NCBI GenBank assembly: GCA_012026655.1
Contig: JAAILG010001248.1
Coordinates: 1-64,000, forward strand
DNA length: 64,000 nt
Reading direction: 5' to 3'
Source: Hydrolagus affinis
Lineage: Eukaryota
Part shown: positions 1-12,636 of the stretch, one piece after another
Numbering within the stretch: the stretch's first letter is position 1
Layout: each line of letters opens with the position of its first letter
Position numbers and translations under genes: made by a program
Notes under the pieces: generated by a model
What the model was told of the DNA's origin: nothing
What the model saw: only the letters and a program-made list of their open reading frames with translations
The model's database searches: none

Positions 1-319
1 CAACCCAGCACCCGCTGCCTTCGTTCCTCTGGGTCTGGCATCCTCCATGTCCCACGAGTCCTCCGCTCCACCCTCGGCGGCCGTGCCTTTAGCCACTACG
101 CCCCGAGGCTCTGGAACTCCCTTCCTCACTCGCTTCGCCTCGCCCCCTCTCTTCCCAGTTTCAGGTCACAGTTGAAGACCTTTCTCTTCGACCGAGCTTT
201 TGGTCACCATCCTGCCCCTGCTCCGGGCTCGGTCCTGGGATCCGCTACTGTGAAGCGCTCTGAGACGCCGTCTGGCGTGGAGGGCGCTATATAAATCGAA
301 GTTGTTGTTGTTGTTGTTG
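1..319 (+). mobile_element. L2-clade LINE 3' end (tail type A, ends in (TTG)n)
   Basis: ORF2 C-terminal motif (GGRAFSHYAPRLWNSLP), 3' stem-loop, (GTT)n tail; similar to copies at 12637 and 42870. Confidence 0.85.
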
Positions 320-611
320 ATAGCAAGAGAAACTCCCTTATTTTTTCAAACAGTGCCATGGGATCTTTAAGATCTACCAGAACATACAGGTATGCTAAAA
401 TTGAAATCATTAAAGTAAAAAAAACTTACAGAACAGTTTTTGATAACATTTTCCATCTGATTGGGATGGGATAAACAATATTACATACCATGTACAGTAT
501 TACTCATCCTCATTTTACTTACATCTTAAATTTAGTCCTTCATTGTCGCATGTGTGTGTGTGTATTGATGGTTAATCATTTTACTACACAACCACTGAAA
601 GTTCCACTTAC

Positions 612-773
612 TTCCTTCATTTACAAAGAGAGGCAGAAGTCCAGGAAGTGACTGATGTGAATTGTACTCGGGCACTGAGATGGAATAGTCAGGCTGGTAG
701 GCTATCAGTCCATCCTGGCCGTATTCTTGCCGTCTCCCCATAATTGGAAGATTACAAAGTTGAGCGTAGTCAC
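612..773 (-). CDS. LTBP1: LTBP1 TB4 end plus linker exon (GDYAQLCNLPIMGRRQEYGQDGLIAYQPDYSISVPEYNSHQSLPGLLPLFVNEG)
   Basis: 162 nt; acacag| ... |gtaagt; inside ORF 532..792. Confidence 0.92.
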
Positions 774-1799
774 CTGTGTAAAAACAGCACAAGAATATAA
801 GACAAGTTCCTAATAAACTATGACAGCACTGGAATTAACTCACTATCACTAGCCATCTCCTATTCTGATCTATTCCATTTGTGGGACACTGCTGTGCGCA
901 ATTGGCTGCCATGTTTCACCCACATATATACTGTACAGTCAATTCACTTTGGTGGGGTGTGTTGCTTGGGTTGACTACCTTAATTTAATTCCTTGTTGGC
1001 AAGAGCTAACAACGTTGAAGAGGTGCAGATGTGTTTTTTCTCACTGCCTTCCCAGTCACTGAGGGCTGCAAGCAAAGCATGCTGTACTACTTGCAGCAAC
1101 ATCCTCTGTCACAAGTCATTTGATGTTTGCTCAACTACAACCCTATAACAGACTCATTGCATCTCTACACTGTGTGAAGTCCTATGTTTGAAGATGTTCC
1201 TTCCCTCCCTCCCTCCCTCCCTCCTCCCTCCAATAATCTGCCCTAAGCACTATTTTCCTTTTCACAGTAGGAAAGATGGTAGGAGAATGCTGGTTATGTA
1301 CTTTGACAATTAATCAAACAGAATCCAAAGTCAAAAAAGCGGGAGTTTTACTGCCACTCTATAAATATTATAAGGATTTTTTCAGGGAAGAAATTCATTC
1401 AGGAATTTCTGGCTTACACATTTCATATGTAAACAAGGAATCAGTTTGTGGGTTGGAAGGGGTGAGGAATTGGCGGATTGGAATTGGAATGGCAAATGAT
1501 AGCCGCAGAGATCTGCAAAATGTATCAGAGTAACAGTGATTTTAGCCGATCATGTCTGTCACCATTTCAAAATTGGCCCCTACACACATACAGGTGGGGT
1601 TGCAAGCCAAAATACCATTTAAGAAAATCTTGACATTGGTAACCCACTTGCTTTAAAAAAACACCAGGATTACTTTTTGTCTACTGAACACACTTCAGGA
1701 AATATATTTACAGCAAAAGTGAATGAGGTGATATGATCATCATAAGTGGTTCAGAGGAATGACCATGTACAGTTATGAAAAGGATCTGTGGGATAATTC

Positions 1800-2290
1800 A
1801 AACAAACCCACATAAACCTTTCCGCCAACAAACTACCACTGCCCACCTCGCAGACACAATCACCCCGGCAACAACACTCCCAAGCTACAACTAGACTCCA
1901 TATTCCATGCACACACCACGCACACTTTCAAAACACACACATAAATACACCCCACAACTACATATCAGACATACCCCCCCACCCACACACACACATAAAA
2001 CTCTTACACCATTTGAAACACACACCACATATATATACCACCCACACAAGCACACCCCCACACACAAAACACAATCCATCAATACCATCATAACTCAATA
2101 CATAATCATAACTCAATACACAAATAAAACACATTTCCATCCTCATATCCACATCTGCACAAACTCCAAATCACACACATCAGTACATACTTACACCCAC
2201 TGTACACACACCACAAACATACACACACACATGCCATATAGTGCCACACCCTATACACACACACCAGAGACATGAATACACATCCACATA
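1800..2290. repeat. CA-rich low-complexity tract / degenerate (CA)n
   Basis: Almost G-free on + strand with many ACAC runs. Confidence 0.85.
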
Positions 2291-4499
2291 GCCATTTTGG
2301 CCCATTTTGTTAAAAGAACGTACAGAAAACCAGCTTCACAATGAAAGACTGTATGGGCGCTGGCTGCCATCTGGGACACCATCTAAGTGGACATGGTTCA
2401 TATGTGAGACTTGGCAATGAATTTTGGCAGACTGTAGGAGCATCACAGCCAAGGCTGCCTAGCCCCCACCCTGCTCTCCAGCCAACACACGCAAACAGTA
2501 CTGAAAACGGACCTCAAGAAGGAACCCAGGTTGGTTTCCCCCTCCCTAACCCCGGTGAGGGCTGGGGTCAATTTAGCTCCACAAGCAGACGATTTGAAGA
2601 CCAGTAAACTCAGCATAAACCAGTGTGTTTCCAGTCTGTAAGCTGCAGCTCTGTCTATTACATTATTGGGGCTGCCACCATAATAATTTTGAACTAACAA
2701 TTGATCAAGCATTTTTCTCAGTTGAGGCCTTAGTCAAATTGATTTCCCATGGGGTTAATCTTACAGTTCTGAAGTAAGAGCAGCAAACAATTCTCCAGGG
2801 GAAAAACTCCATAAATGGGATGATCTGTCTCTGCTGCGAAAGCCCCACATTTGCTCAGATATGATGAAATCTTTAAGAACACCCAAAACAACACTTACCA
2901 TCTAAGGAGGAGCAGACACAATCACAGTTTGGAAGGATTTTTACTAAGGCAGATTGCTTACTCATTGCTGCCAAAACATTTTTCTCCCTGTCTGGGTTTC
3001 ATGGATACATAAGAAATCTCGGACATGCGGATCAGACAGACAGAGGCAGCCAGTGAACCATTACACTGGCCATGCACATCAATGAAATTTAGACTTTCCC
3101 ACTGGGGTAGCACTGCTCCCACAACTAAAATAATGTATACATTCTTAGATTTTTTTCATGCTTAATTTCATAAATTAAAATGAAAAGCAGCCATGAATGC
3201 TGAGCGAGTGTTGTCAAGCTGTATACGCAGGGCTCGTCAGCAAAGTTCACGCTGGCAAGTAATGGCACCGAATGTTATCTATGGTTAAAAATACCACCAC
3301 AAATTACTGAAACATAAAATGTCTCAAGACATGATTGAGCAGCAATGAAATGTTTCTTGTATACACTCTAGCCAAACTGAGTCCAGCTCCAAAGTTTCTG
3401 ATCAGATCATTTAATTGTCCAATTTATCCTAAAGTTGGCAAGATGGCTAATGTCCCATCAATTAGTATCAAACCATGTCTGGTCCTATCTGCAAACTCAG
3501 TTCTTGGCATCCGTCTTAACAGGCGCTTAACATGTGCAACCATCAAGAGCATGGACCAAATTTAAATACCTGTATGAGCAAAGAGGGCCTAACCCTTACA
3601 TTATTTATGGCTGCACAATGTAAGATCAATGTAAGGACAAACTCGAGATTAGGGAGTAATTCTACTGCCAAGCAAAGGGTGGAAACACTTGTGGTTCAGG
3701 AAACAGTCTCCAGCAGAAACTGTCTGCAGAAACCTAACTTTTGCAAGAAACTTCTCCTATGACACTAATCTCTATTTTATGGCATTGTATCCTTTGAATC
3801 AATCTAAGGTGGTAGATTGGAAAGGAGGGAGTGATCCAGTCTTGTGGTGCTAATGATTTCAAACTGATCCAAGCATAGTATGCCCTTTATGACCTTTAAG
3901 TCATTTCTCAGTAGTTTTACAGTTTCAGGCTTCTCTTCTGCAACATTGTTTTCACACTATACCTTTAGAGTCAATTTAATACTGCAAAAACAACAAAAAA
4001 ATTACATTTATAGAGTGCCTTTCACATCAGGAGGACGTCCCAAGGCCCTAGCAATATAGATTGATTCAAGGTTCAAAACTGCCCCTAGCCCATTGGTAAT
4101 TGTAGTTCCACAGAAAGTGATTTCAGACATGGAATCGATGCCTAGCACTGTAGTATTAAAGTTCAAAGTGCTTCACAGGTTATACTGTAAAGTGGTATGT
4201 GACCTGTGTATTTTGTGGCCAAAAAACAGAAAAACCACATGTACAATATTTTTCTTTGCAGGCACGGCAAAACATTCTGACCAATCTGCAAATAGTCTGC
4301 GCAAAGCAATCCAGGGCCTTTGGTCAGTTTGCTAAATGCACTTTTTATCTGGTTATACTTTTATTAAACTGTCAATAATGTTAACTCGACCTTGGGGAGT
4401 CTGCGTGGTACCATTTGCGTCATGCTGAAGTAGGAGAAGCCATTTGTCATCAAGAGCTCAGTTTGACAGCCAACAATACAGTTTTTCAGGAATGCAAAT

Positions 4500-4792
4500 C
4501 TGAACCAAAACAAGGAGCAAGGTAGGGGAGTTAGTGACTAAAAGATAGCCACAAGACGTTGCAAAAGGAGAATTTAGGAGAATGTTTTGCGCAAAGTGGG
4601 GAAATATGATGGGATATGAAATGTCTTGCCAAGTAAGTGAAGCAATAGAGGCAGAGTCCGCTGTGGGTTTTCAATAGCGAACTAGACAGTTATGTGAAGG
4701 ATGCACGTTTGGGATTGAACAGCTTGCTTTGGGAGCCAGTGCAGACTTTGGTTGTCAAATAATCTCCTTCTGTGCTGTAAGTTTCTATGACT
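4500..4792 (+). mobile_element. Degenerate CR1-type LINE 3' end
   Basis: Ends ...ctccttctgtgctgtaagtttctatgact, resembling CR1 3' UTR/TTCTATGA terminus; approximate bounds. Confidence 0.55.
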
Positions 4793-6034
4793 TTAATGCA
4801 CCTGGATTCATCCTTCCAACTTTAAGCTGGTTTTAAAACAACCACGTGAAGCCGGTTTTTAACAAATAAAACAAACTGCTGAGAGGAATGTCCTCCGACT
4901 TGCAAAATGGATGTGAGGGGCAGAAGCCACTGTGACAGGCTTGATAAATTGCGTGAGGAAAAACAAATAGTCAAATTAAAATAGTGACTATTTTATTTCA
5001 ATTAAATTGAAATAAAAAACTGAAAGCATGAGAAAAGTGTCATGGACAGGATCTCACTGTAAACATAATCTTGAAGATCATCTAGAAGGTGGAATTATAG
5101 AAGATATTTTAGACTGAGCGCGGCTGCATCATGTGGAAAAGGACAGGATGCTCCAATCTCTGATATTCACGTCAGATGTCTTGTGTTATGTGGTCACGTG
5201 ACTGCAAAAGACAGCCAACATAATGGGAGTAACTTGACATTTCAGATTGCATTACTGCTCGCATACGTTCCCAGTTATGATTAGATTTGCTTTTCAGGAG
5301 GCAATTTTGTAAATTTTGGCTAGTATGATATTGAATTTGTCAACAATATTAGATTTGATGTAAGATTTTTTCCATTTCTTGCTCCTTAAATAATAATAAT
5401 TTGGTCACTCAGTCCATGACTGTTTGTGGAATATTACAGTGAGCAATTGGCTACCAAGTTTCCCCCACAAAAACATACAGTCAATTCACTTTATCATATA
5501 TTTTGTTTGGTAGGTCTCGAAGACACGATAAGGCGCTACATAAATGCAACAATTACTATTATTATTAACCTGTTTACACTGTCACTAGGTGGCAGTGGCA
5601 GAGATGGCGTCTACACTAATCTGAATCCTAGAGCTCAACCTCTGTGGATTCTGCATTTCAAATTAGTCCTGGCATTAAGGAGCTCTGCCTCTAGAGTTGT
5701 TTGCATGCCAGAATTAATTCGGAAGCAGTGTATGTTGTCACATTCTGATCCAATCATCAGGAAAGTGCTTGAAACATCAGAATCTGTCCATGTGCATAAT
5801 ATTTAAATAATTTGACTCTGTAATGTGACTGCAGTGCGCTGAATAAATTAAAAAGCACATCATATTTGAATCCCCCATTCTACAAAATAGATAATCATGA
5901 CCATTTTCTTAATATTTAATAAAAGCATATAACAGACTGAGCTAGCTTCCTCTAAAGAGATAATATGGAGGATATGGACACATGGAACGATCAGACGGAG
6001 AGTAATAAATACCCATTGCGTTATGCAGCCATAT

Positions 6035-6195
6035 ACCCGACTGTTTGTGGGGACACTGCTATGCGCAAATGGCTGCCGCGTTTCGCTCACAAATATACAG
6101 TCAATTCACTTTACAATATATTCTGTGAAGCGCTTTGAAATGTTGATAACATGTGAAAAGCGCTATATCAAATGCAAGGATTATTATTATTATTA
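6035..6195 (+). mobile_element. Deu-domain SINE, 3' half
   Basis: gtttgtggggacactgctatgcgcaaatggctgccgcgttt (Deu-like core), L2-type stem-loop tail, (TTA)n. Confidence 0.8.
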
Positions 6196-6284
6196 TCTGG
6201 GTTTTTCAAACTCAAAAAGGTACTACCTACAGATTACCAATCTGTGGTTAAACATTCTCCGATTCCCATACAGCAGTAGCTTAC

Positions 6285-6455
6285 CTGTGTTTCTCTTGGG
6301 ACAAAGGGCACAGTTCATACCCCACGCTTCTCCATACAAACAGCAACACTCAGTATAAGTAGTCGATCTTCCCGGTAAAGGCGAGGCACATATCAATTTG
6401 TTATTCACAGCTTGCCAGCAAATGTCCTGGTACACATCTGCTTCCTCAGTTTGCA
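6285..6455 (-). CDS. LTBP1: LTBP1 TB4 exon ([57 protein letters not shown])
   Basis: 171 nt; tcttag| ... |gtaagc; inside ORF 6223..6456. Confidence 0.96.
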
Positions 6456-7884
6456 CTAAGACAACAAAGGGGAAATGGAGGAAGAGGGTTAGAATATTTC
6501 CATTGGCGGACTGGGAGAATGTTCAGTGTTGTGTTTGTTACATACTGTGTGCACAGATGTGCCCTAATGGTTCCTGGATTCAATAATAGTCAGCATTCAA
6601 AACACATCATAATTTCTGTCAACATTGTTTGATAAATCTTTTGAAAGTTGAAGTTAAAGACTTTCACAACTGAAACACATGGATGGCACTGAACCACACA
6701 GATTGTGTTTTGACCATCTCCAGCCACACAATACAGTGAGTGATCAGTCATCAAATGGGTCTCTAAAGCTGAAAAAGACAAAACATTTCCTCGAAGTGGG
6801 TGGCAGCTCACTGGCAGAAGTAGCAATGCAAGTCCAAATACACAAATAGTTACTTCAAATCCAAAGGCATTGGGTGTTTGTACAGCTGCACCAAGCCCTG
6901 GGTGAATTTATGTCATTAAACGGTTGAAGTGGCTAACCACAAAATTAAGGGGAAGAGGTTTGCAAGCCACCACCATGTATCAATAGATAGCACCTCAAGT
7001 CTGTGCCTTTGCCAATATATCCATGGAGCATAGCGTAGACAGTTTGCTAATTGACAGAGACTCTCCGCTGATAACTTGACAAACACATGGTCAGAAATAT
7101 ACTCTTATCTAGACTGGTGTTTACAAAGTGCCAGATTTGATGCAGCTTCACATGCGGAACTCAAGCCAAGAATTCTGCAAAGCAGCCAGATTACACCATT
7201 AGCACAATAGAATGGCCTATATACATAGACAATGTCAATGACCCTATGAACGATTCATTCACCTTCACCCGAATGCTGCAAACAATTCTACGAGGAAAGT
7301 GGTTAATCTTGGAATACTAATATTTAAAGCACACTAGGGTGTTGAGTATTGTGTTATTTATTCAAGATGCATCTAAGGATTGGATTGTGGATTCAGCGCC
7401 TTGGGACATCCTCTCGACGTGAAAGGCGCTAAATAAATGTTATTTTGTTGTTGTGGAGACTATATTCAGATCTTTGGCATTTGAGGTCTATTCATCACTA
7501 GGATAAGTCTACCTTGGTGGCATTAATACTCATTTGCATTTTACAATGTGAAGTTAACATAGCAGAATATGTTGTAATGAGCCAATTATTAAGGAAGGGA
7601 AAAAAATTAATCCATCATCTGAAATCACACGACTGATTTCCAAATAATGCAATTAATTGGTATAACTCAGAGTTATTGAGTGTCAACTGGACCTGGGTTT
7701 ACTACCACAGACTGGACCTGAAATTAACATTGGGCAACTACAGACTTTTTTGAAACAGTTTGTTAATAAAACAGTTTGTTACTCTATAAAGTGACTATCA
7801 TGTGGATATTCATGGAAGCAGCATACAGTAATAGATATTAAAATAATAATATTATTCTTTTGTCCCACTTTGCTTGATATAAAT

Positions 7885-8025
7885 AAATACTCAATCCATG
7901 ATTGCTTGTGGGACACTGCTGTGTGCATTTCACCCAAAGATAGGAATTCACTTTATAGTATATTCTGTGAAGTGGTTTGAGACATCTAAAAAACGTAAAA
8001 AGCACTGTATCAAATGCAAGTTTTT
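7885..8025 (+). mobile_element. Deu-domain SINE, 3' half (degenerate)
   Basis: Same core and tail as 6035 copy. Confidence 0.7.
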
Positions 8026-8133
8026 TTAATTTATCTTTTGAAATTCTTTGAGAAATCCTTCATCTTATGATTGTTGAAATAAGTGCAGTTATCCCTCTTG
8101 GATCATATTGGTAGTGTGTGTGCTGTATTAGTG

Positions 8134-8428
8134 TAATAATAATCCTTGCATTTGATATAGCGCTTTTCACGTCTTCTAGATAAATCAAAGCGATTCACAT
8201 AATTTACTGTAAAGTGAATTGACTATATTTATGGGCAAAATGTAGCAGCCAATTGCGCATAGCAGTGTCCCCACAAACAGTCGTGGATTGAAATGACCAA
8301 ATTTTTTTTTTTTTTAAGGGATTGTTATTAGATGTGTGGAGCAAGGAAACTCATCCAAGGTTTCACCCTGCCTGGAATTGAATCCGCTTGTAAGGCGAGT
8401 GCTATAATCACTGAGCTACAGGACTCCA
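8134..8428 (-). mobile_element. Full-length tRNA-derived Deu-domain SINE
   Basis: Minus strand: tRNA-like head (gtagctcagtg..tagcactcgcctt..gattcaattcc, A/B-box-like), Deu core, L2-like tail, (TTA)n. Confidence 0.85.
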
Positions 8429-8602
8429 CTGGTATACACTTGTAAATTGACACATTGGAAGTGAATATAGCTGAATGGTTTATGTGCCAATTTCTCTGTA
8501 ACTGGTGGAAGACAAGCCATCTTCTGTAACAACAACAAACAACAAATTGCACTTATAGAGTGCCTTTCACATCGGGAGGACATCCCAAGGCGCTGGGTAG
8601 TA

Positions 8603-9500
8603 CAGGTAAACCTCTATTTACGAAGGGGTTGGTTCCTGAAAAACTGTATATATATCGAAACATCCTAAATGGAAACACGATTTCCCATGCAGTCCCATTA
8701 TATAATCAGAGACCAAATTTTCGGACCTTAAACCCACTAAATAACACACAAAAGCACACAACATAACACACAAATTAACACACATAGGCAAGAAGGGGTA
8801 CTTGGGGTAACTGTATGGTATATTACGCTGGTTCTGATCCTCAATCCAGACACTCAGCATTCTTTCCATGTTTTCCATCACATCACTCCTATGTTTTGCT
8901 AATCTGCTTGCACCTGTAGCTGTAGCACACCTTGAACTTGCAAGTATATTGTCCTTATTCTGTTTTATAGTAGCCACCGTCAATCGAGCTAGCCCTAAAG
9001 CCCTCCCGACGTCCATACCTTTTTCACCGGAATCGATGCGCTTTATCACCTTCAATTTGGTATTTAAAGTGATGACTTTTGCAGGGTTTCTGGCCGCTAG
9101 TGGTATTACCGCCGCTCATTTCACTTACTGCTGTCTCTTCCCCGACTTGGTAGAAGCGCAGTAGAGGCTGTAAATCGCTTGGGAATGTTCGGAAATTAGT
9201 GTAATACTGGTGTGGTGTTGCTTCAAAATCAGTTGGCTTTTAAACAATGATGTGGGACACGCTATTGGCCAGTTCAAATGCTTGGATTTACCCGCGAATA
9301 CACTATGGACTGTGTGTGTGGACAAAAAGGACGCGCGAAATGCGACCGCGATATTCAAAATATGTACTGTGCATGCGCCAAAAAAAGTTTTGTCCTTAAA
9401 ACGAATCCAAGTGTCTTGTATCGATCAAAAGGTGTTAAAAAATTATGGTCCTTCAATCGAAATGTCCTAAATAGAAGCATTGTAAATCAAGGCTTACCTG
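8603..9500 (-). mobile_element. Tigger/pogo-like DNA transposon, internally deleted
   Basis: TA-flanked imperfect TIRs CAGGTAAACCTCTATTTAC / CAGGTAAGCCTTGATTTAC. ORF 8618..9055 encodes a CENP-B-type HTH (KVIKRIDSGEK...ENMERMLSVWIEDQNQRNIP). No DDD domain. Confidence 0.9.
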
Positions 9501-11742
9501 TACTGAAAAGCTGGCACAGAGACAGAAAATAAAACAGTGGAGACACAATTTGGAAAAATAAACATTTTTACTTCAAGAACTAGAAAATTATTACAAATAA
9601 AATTTCTCTTGAACTGTAAATCTGATACATGAATCAAAATAGTTTGGTTTCACCCTGTAAAGCAATATCTTAAAATAATGCAAACTCTGTAAGGTGTCTG
9701 CAGTTCACTGGAACATTGTGTGCAACAGTAACAGTGTGAGTTACAACAATATTGACATGCCAGTATATGATATTCTTGCATGAAGTGTGTTCCAACATGT
9801 TTTTTTTTAGTTACAGATCTACAGAGCTCTGTCTGCTGAGCCCTAGGAGGACACATCGCTCAAAGAAGATCCAGGTGCTGGTCAAAAACTCCTCAGAGAA
9901 TGCCCTCGCAATCTCTGAATGGAGCCAGGAATTGCAACTTTTGGGGGTTCCTAATTTTGTACCAAGGTGGTGATCATATAGAATTGGAAAACCTGTTGTG
10001 TCAATTCCGCCCAATCCAATCACATATTTAAGTATTGATATCTTGGCATTGTGCATCCCAGAGCACAGGCACGGGCATCACATGGAACAAACCTTCCTCT
10101 GTCTTTTTCTGGGACGATGGTGAGTTTATGGAAAGGCCAAACACCTCTTTCAATTGGCTGGCCTGTCTTTTGGTACAGACCCTCTACATTGTACTGTGTA
10201 CCTCACTATACTCCAGAGTTGAACTCTGTAGCAGAAGTAAGGGTCTGCCTCCCACTTCGGGAGGCAGCACAGTGTGAAATCTGGTTCCTAAAAAGGCACA
10301 GCTTTGATGACTAACTATTAGTCTCTTCTTTGTCAAAGAATCCAATGCATTGTGTTTCAACACTCTCTTGCTCCCAGAGGACAATCGCTTTAGGACTGGA
10401 TGAAAACAAAGCCTCTGTAAAGACAAGCGTATCCATTACTTTGGAGTATATCATTGAAGAATAATTTATTTATTCGTAGGTGTAGCTGAGGAATATGCAA
10501 AGATCACTGTTTATCATGCATTTTCATCACTTTACAAGCTACATGAGTTAAGTGTTTAAAAAAAAAGGCAATGTGAATATCTCACCTACCAAGCTGCTTG
10601 AGAAACTCTGATGAGGTGCTGTCTTCCTCACCAAGTGCAGTGAAATACTTGATATTCAGTGAATTCTGCTTCACAACAATAGGAAGAGGTGATATCCAAG
10701 GATCAGGATGATGGACGAAAGACGTTGCTGTGAGCCCTTGGCTATCACAAGCCCCTTAACCCGTGGTACATTTTCATACCAACTATTAAGCATTCCTTGC
10801 AGGGATCTGTGTCTCCTTTGTTGTAATTGTTTGCATTTTGAAATTCACATTGATCTTTTTTTGATCTTTTGAGATGAATGGATTGCCAATGGCAATTCTG
10901 AACACTTTGCAGAACCTTTGCTCTTAACTTTATGCTCTGTCAAGATCTGAGTTGTCTTATGACCAGTTGTGAATTGGAAGAGTAGAAATTGTGTTCCCCC
11001 TCCTCTGCTTCCCTCCCCTCCCTCCCCTCTAGAAAAATGTCTTCATGTCCAATAAACTGTTTGTCGAGAAAAAAAATTCTACAAAATTCTACTTCAGAGA
11101 AATGTGATCATCTTTAAGTTGTTGCTTTGGCCTCCATATTCCATCCTCTGCCATCACCAGTGTACATCATTCAGTAGCATAGCACACATACCTTTACTGT
11201 GTTCCTCACTGAGAAAGTGCATTTCATCAGTGGAGACTAGCAATATTATTGCAATCAACTTACCTCTTGCAGTAGATTAAGATGCACAGTTAGCAAATGA
11301 ACTTACCACATAACTGTGTAAAGTATATTGACGGTTTTGGATAGTCCAAAAAATAAACCATACCATCACTGTTTAACTTGCGCCAAAATCACAGTTTCTA
11401 AAGAGTTGGTGACATTTTAATGAAAATGTAGTTTTAACATGAGGAATCCATTGAGAATAGTATAATGGGGCCACCACATTCACAAGAACTATATGTGGCT
11501 GTAAAGAGATTCTTCTGAATAAGGTAGAGAGCTGACCATTTCCAATCTCCAGAGATACAGCTGAGGCAACAAAAAAACAAGGAGCACCCACCAGAAGACT
11601 ACTCTTCCATCAGGATCTTCCTTTCATACCAAGAATCTACACAAATGTACACTGACATTGTCAGTCTCATTGATAGATTAGTCTCTCTCTAGGGCTTGTG
11701 TACAATGCACGTTGCATATTCAGTTATCCTGCAGTCACATAC

Positions 11743-11883
11743 CTCTAATATCTGAAGGTTCAAGGCAGCGTTTTCCTGTACTGTCCAGGATCATAGGGTG
11801 TGTGCAGAAACAGTTGTATGAACCATCTGTGTTAATGCACTGACCATTAATGCAGTTTAATGGATTTTGACATTCATCGATAT
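11743..11883 (-). CDS. LTBP1: LTBP1 pre-TB4 cbEGF exon, duplicate copy B (DIDECQNPLNCINGQCINTDGSYNCFCTHPMILDSTGKRCLEPSDIR)
   Basis: 141 nt; ttcccag| ... |gtatgt; inside ORF 11735..11950. Confidence 0.92.
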
Positions 11884-12636
11884 CTGGGAACGAAAGGAAA
11901 CAATCAAACCATTGGGTATCAATACTATAAACAAATATGTAAGGGATCATTCAGGCAAGAATAAAATTTTAATTCAAAACCTTTAGAATCTACTGTTTCT
12001 AACTTCCAGTTAGTGTTTAACAATAGAGTTAAACAATAAGGGAAAGTAGAAGAGTATCTCGTGTATTGAATAGGAATTACCAAATTGTGCAGAAGACAAT
12101 GTTCTTCCCCTTCATTCAACATCTTTCTCAATGCCAACATCAGGTAACATTTGTCTTCCAACTTGTGGACTAAAATTTAACTGCTGGCTGGTTAGCCGAA
12201 TTAGTGATTTTTAGTACTGTATACAAATACAGTACTCAGGAGTAAAACTGTGCCCCGACTAACCAGCAGCTGTAGTAGGGTCACAGGAGATCACAGCCAG
12301 TGAAAAGTCATTTGGGGTCCCTTTCTGCTTTGTGCTGCAGAGATGTCAATCCCACTATATTTTCAGTGACAGCCTCAGTTAGCAGATGTTTTAATACATT
12401 GTGTTTGAGTGCTGTTATTATTGTGTTTTGAGTGCTGATGTATCTTATTTTGCAGGACTACCTTTATATGGTAATACATACAGAGTGCAAGCCAACTGAA
12501 CACCAGTGCAGTCATTTACTTGGGGAAGATGATATTTAATCATTTAACATTTGCTGACCTTGAAATCTGTGCTTTCAACATATTTACAGCAGATTTTAAT
12601 ACAACTAAAAGTTCATATACTTGGCAGGTCAGTATG

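Noticed and set aside
1891-2275. His/Thr-rich and Cys/Val-rich ORFs
   Set aside because: Translations of a CA/TG low-complexity tract; the same applies to 37845-38183.
6023-6358. Recurrent ORFs with VGTLLCA.GC.V...CKDYYYY
   Set aside because: Chance translation of the SINE body and (TTA)n tail, not a protein family.
8370-8428. tRNA-like sequences (also about 13580-13645, 37040-37090, 38255-38315)
   Set aside because: They are SINE heads fused to the Deu core and L2 tail; no complete cloverleaf.
8618-9055. Domesticated TIGD/CENP-B-like gene
   Set aside because: Flanked by TIRs and TA, lacks the catalytic domain and an in-frame ATG; it is a transposon remnant.
12228-12250. miR-101-like start (TACAGTACT)
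   Set aside because: Similarity is limited to about 9 nt, on the non-transcribed strand, and TACAGTA is frequent in this window.
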